NCBI GenBank assembly: GCA_902767155.1
Contig: CACXGC010000118.1
Coordinates: 1 to 49,954 of the forward strand
DNA from: an uncultured Ruminococcus sp.
Lineage (GTDB): Bacteria > Bacillota > Clostridia > Oscillospirales > Acutalibacteraceae
DNA length: 49,954 bases
Direction of reading: 5' to 3'
Shown: in pieces, positions 48,201 through 49,954 of the stretch
How the letters are laid out: every line of letters begins with the position of its first letter
Numbering within the stretch: the first letter of the stretch is position 1
The notes under the pieces: model-generated
Told to the model about the DNA's origin: nothing
Seen by the model: only the letters and a program-made list of their open reading frames with translations
Databases searched by the model: none
Position numbers and translations under genes: made by a program

Positions 48201-48513
48201 CATCATACATATTTATCGGTGCAGGCTTTTCATTTGAAAAAATATCATTAAAGTCGTCTGTTTCATCAGAAAAAGTCATACTGTCTTCCGGCTGAGTTAC
48301 AATATCTGCAAGTTTTGAAAACAACTCTTTACATTTTTTCATAAACGGTGATATATCTTTTTTTCCATCAGTGTCTTTCCCGTTATTTTCTTGAAAGTCG
48401 TTTTCTTCCCCATTTTCCGCATGATACGTTTGATGATCTTTTTCATTTTTATGAAATAGTCCTCGGATAGGTGAAATATCCTGCTTACTTGAAACCTTAT
48501 GATTTTCATCCAT
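45244..48513 (-). CDS. membrane protein with a degenerate P1B-type ATPase-like C-terminal half and a long low-complexity N-terminal extension
   Basis: ATG 48513 (MDENHK) with GGAGGG 10 nt upstream. About 540 aa of E/K/N/S-rich sequence carry 4 x ELSHD. They are followed by TM helices and P-type ATPase-like blocks: PICC in place of CPC, IDSSQI in place of DKTGT, TIDQN in place of TGDN, and TNGKLS in place of GDGxND. Confidence 0.75.
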   Translation of the reverse strand: MDENHKVSSKQDISPIRGLFHKNEKDHQTYHAENGEENDFQENNGKDTDGKKDISPFMKKCKELFSKLADIVTQPEDSMTFSDETDDFNDIFSNEKPAPINMYDEPARVKNNEEQEAFEETETVLFSASSDDEENDITYVAQQNEKAIEEYPVYRSENQQDYFEAGKEFVSSQRAPVQTGREKKNEKIQENKNKQSGQKNNSGKMEISVDTVFQVKESAKQKKPVTVSVSTVKDFSDSSDRLVKENETVNSEENSTVSVGKNNESAKDDTVKENDELSHDMFESNPVVPKQPAINELSHDVPIGNTTVQARNINNELSHDVAEDKSYSQINNAAENKFAVPTGKNELSHDTEKTVSVNEEKKHESTPKIPNTNFSEVKRSAMVYHYSDSTPFVVMAGKFTKTVRTEYEKARKYADAEKNSVPPISDVTVKLPEKSTTESKETVGKNVSENKKEESVAFEADEQSKDILGKDKKPKVAKEKKKLGLKIKDLFAVEENKFDFEEDFIEEKTELNDYNSKEDESDIKNEINESFSKVFIKTIILTVTTVIALCTVFLAELMPSLFLNMIHNGWLVYGIINFIVMAVSVFVARDYITNGFVALFHLRGNSDTAIATASLAGVIQSITALFLPNIYLDGTYNLYTLPIILALLFNCLGKLVIVKRTADNFRFLRSKSAKFVGKIYTKSNNAERMVSGLPVQRPIVAYTKQSKFMSNFLQLSYAPDPVEDNASFSAPFTVALCVLYSFFYGITTKDFIGGVSTFSLTSFITIPICCLLAINLPLKNLCNLILNKGAMISGYDAVRQFSDTNAIMIDSSQIYPKGNIFLSGMRPFDQSKLKDAFRYAAAVSYAVDGPMTHIFETIIQDRKYMVPKVDSVSYDDGLGLTGWIGGNRILMGNRKLMQKHNIKIPDESIETRYRKMKNELVYISLAGELVVMFSLTYRVDNEIAESLRELSSHGVNIIIRTIDQNVTQEHVAEKFNLYQRSIKILPTGLGTICQEEISGTEKTSRAYMVTNGKLSAFAAAVSGCIALKSTITISIVIQSLSVIIGFLLVMVLSFGSGFILLSNIPVLIYTLFCCLVLMIISVLLRKLSV

Positions 48514-48531
48514 ATTCCAACAACCCTCCAA

Positions 48532-49299
48532 TTATTTTGCCTTTATATCAAGACGCTGACGTGTAAATTCATACATCAGAATTCCTGCTGCAACAGACGC
48601 ATTAAGAGAATTTATTCTGCCGGTCATAGGCAAGGATAATATAACATCACATTTTTCACGAAGAAGTTTTCCAAGCCCTTTACCTTCTGATCCTATTATC
48701 AACGCTGCAGCACCTTTGAGATCATTTTCACAATATGTTTGTCCGTCCATATCGGCGCCGTATATCCAGCATCCTCTGTCTTTAAGCTCATCTATTGTAC
48801 TTGCAAGATTTGTAACACGAGCTACAGGTATATATTCATAAGCGCCTGCACTTGATTTCGCTACTATACCGCTTAATCCGGCAGCACGTCTTTTTGGAAT
48901 TATCACACCATGTGCGCCGGCACACTCTGCTGTACGAATTATTGCACCAAGGTTATGTGGATCTTCTATTTCATCCAACATTATTATGAAAGGTTTTTCT
49001 CCTCGGCTTTCTGCCAATGCAAAAATGTCATCAATGCTGCTGTAATCCTTTATTGCTGCTATCACTGCCACACCTTGATGTGATGCATGATTTGTCATAA
49101 GATCAAACTTTTTTCTGTCAATTTCTTTTATAGGAATATTTTTTTCCTTTGCAAGCGCAATTATCATTTTGACAGATCCGCTCAGTTCGCCCTTAGCAAT
49201 CAAAAGGCTGTCTATTGCCCTGCCGGAGCGCAATGCTTCCATAACAGGATTTCGCCCACATATGATATCATTATTTTCTTTTGTTTCATTACGATTCAT
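48532..49299 (-). CDS. rlmB: 23S rRNA (guanosine-2'-O-)-methyltransferase RlmB (SpoU/TrmH family)
   Basis: Motifs GRNPVMEAL, DEIEDPHNLGAIIRTAE, LIIGSEGKGL and LNASVAAGI. Confidence 0.9.
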   Translation of the reverse strand: MNRNETKENNDIICGRNPVMEALRSGRAIDSLLIAKGELSGSVKMIIALAKEKNIPIKEIDRKKFDLMTNHASHQGVAVIAAIKDYSSIDDIFALAESRGEKPFIIMLDEIEDPHNLGAIIRTAECAGAHGVIIPKRRAAGLSGIVAKSSAGAYEYIPVARVTNLASTIDELKDRGCWIYGADMDGQTYCENDLKGAAALIIGSEGKGLGKLLREKCDVILSLPMTGRINSLNASVAAGILMYEFTRQRLDIKAK

Positions 49300-49333
49300 T
49301 GTCTCACCCTATTATCACCAAAAATACAACTAC

Positions 49334-49342
49334 ATTATAGCA
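49334..49342 (-). promoter_or_regulatory. extended -10 element (TGCTATAAT) upstream of rlmB
   Basis: The reverse complement of 49334-49342 reads TGCTATAAT. The -35 is weak. Confidence 0.4.
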
Positions 49343-49391
49343 TATATTTCATGCAAATAGAAGAGAAAATTAAAATAATTCAAAAAACGAC

Positions 49392-49428
49392 AAAAAAACA
49401 GACCGCACAGAAATTTCTGCACGGTCTG
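49392..49428 (-). terminator. rho-independent terminator of the partial repeat-protein gene
   Basis: Hairpin CAGACCG..CAGAAA/TTTCTG..CGGTCTG (49399-49428), followed on the minus strand by T7. Confidence 0.75.
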
Positions 49429-49447
49429 CCAGCGGATTCAATTCACA

Positions 49448-49954
49448 TCATTTAACTGTGATAGTATATTCCTTTGTGGTTGTCTCGCCTGTCTTGTCCA
49501 TAATCTTAATCATTACGTTGTACTTAACTGCTGATTTAGGAGTAAATGTAGCAGTTGTGGATGTACCAAATTCTGTACCTGCAACTGACCATGTTGTTGC
49601 GGACTGCTTCTTGTAATAATATGCATAGTAGTACGGTGCTGTGCCGCCGCTTGCAACGCCTGTCAATGTGATTTTAGTACCGGTTGATACAGAAGATGCA
49701 CTGATCTTGGAGCTGTTTGTAAGAGAACCGGAAACAACTTCCGTCTTTGGATTTACTTTTACTGTCCAACTCTTTGCAGCTGTCTTGCCGTCCTTATCCT
49801 TTACTGTTACACGAACATCATAGCTTGTTGCACTGCCCGGTGTGAATGAACCTGAATTTGTTGTGCTGTACTTTGTGCCGATTGTTGACCATGTTGAAGC
49901 AGAAGACTTCTTATACTGGAGAGCATAATAGTACGGTGATGTACCGCCTGTTGC
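49448..49954 (-). CDS. C-terminal fragment (cut by the window edge) of a protein with Y_Y_Y-type Ig-like repeats
   Basis: The frame stays open from 49954 to stop 49448 (169 codons). Two repeats are present: GGTSPYYYALQYKKSSASTW... and GGTAPYYYAYYYKKQSATTW.... They belong to the same module family as 12869-13696. Confidence 0.8.
   Translation of the reverse strand, partial: ATGGTSPYYYALQYKKSSASTWSTIGTKYSTTNSGSFTPGSATSYDVRVTVKDKDGKTAAKSWTVKVNPKTEVVSGSLTNSSKISASSVSTGTKITLTGVASGGTAPYYYAYYYKKQSATTWSVAGTEFGTSTTATFTPKSAVKYNVMIKIMDKTGETTTKEYTITVK

Noticed and set aside
1-49954. Search by eye for CRISPR arrays, tRNA/rRNA genes, IS elements, integrases, and toxin-antitoxin or restriction-modification genes.
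   Set aside because: No regularly spaced repeats, no cloverleaf-capable GC-rich intergenic segments, and no transposase, integrase or methylase motifs were found. All intergenic regions are short and AT-rich.

Overview
This is an AT-rich ~50 kb chromosomal segment that looks like a monoderm Firmicutes/Clostridia genome. The evidence for that is AddAB instead of RecBCD, MecA, TepA, a parE-parC pair, SD-type ribosome binding sites and many GTG/TTG starts; the taxon is an inference. About 36 protein-coding genes are packed tightly. Most are housekeeping: ABC ATPase, topoisomerase IV-like ParE/ParC, UvrB, U32 peptidase, Na/Pi cotransporter, RpiR regulator with an HI0933-type flavoprotein, TepA, UppP, FtsK, HtpG, an aconitase plus NADP-isocitrate dehydrogenase operon, AddA/AddB, an HD-domain alarmone-hydrolase-like protein, MecA-like adaptor, Rpe and RlmB. 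I found no rRNA, tRNA, CRISPR array, transposase or integrase. The parts worth a second look are: (1) a self-contained three-gene MotA/ExbB-like, ExbD/TolR-like and lipoprotein-with-ExbD-like-domain operon (24.7-26.2 kb) in an apparently outer-membrane-less organism; (2) a 1089-aa membrane protein (45.2-48.5 kb) whose C-terminal half is a P1B-type ATPase scaffold with degenerate catalytic motifs and whose N-terminal half is a long low-complexity extension with four ELSHD motifs; (3) a small TGL[DE]F-repeat protein inserted between uvrB and parE; (4) a DUF434-like protein with an NYN/PIN-like domain, tightly coupled to uvrB; (5) a 1294-aa protein with a pseudo-receiver, an intact HD-GYP domain and degenerate GGDEF-EAL-GGDEF domains; (6) two decay signatures, namely an in-frame stop in a lipoprotein signal peptide and a 5'-truncated MATE transporter. 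All family assignments come from motif recognition by eye; no database search was run.
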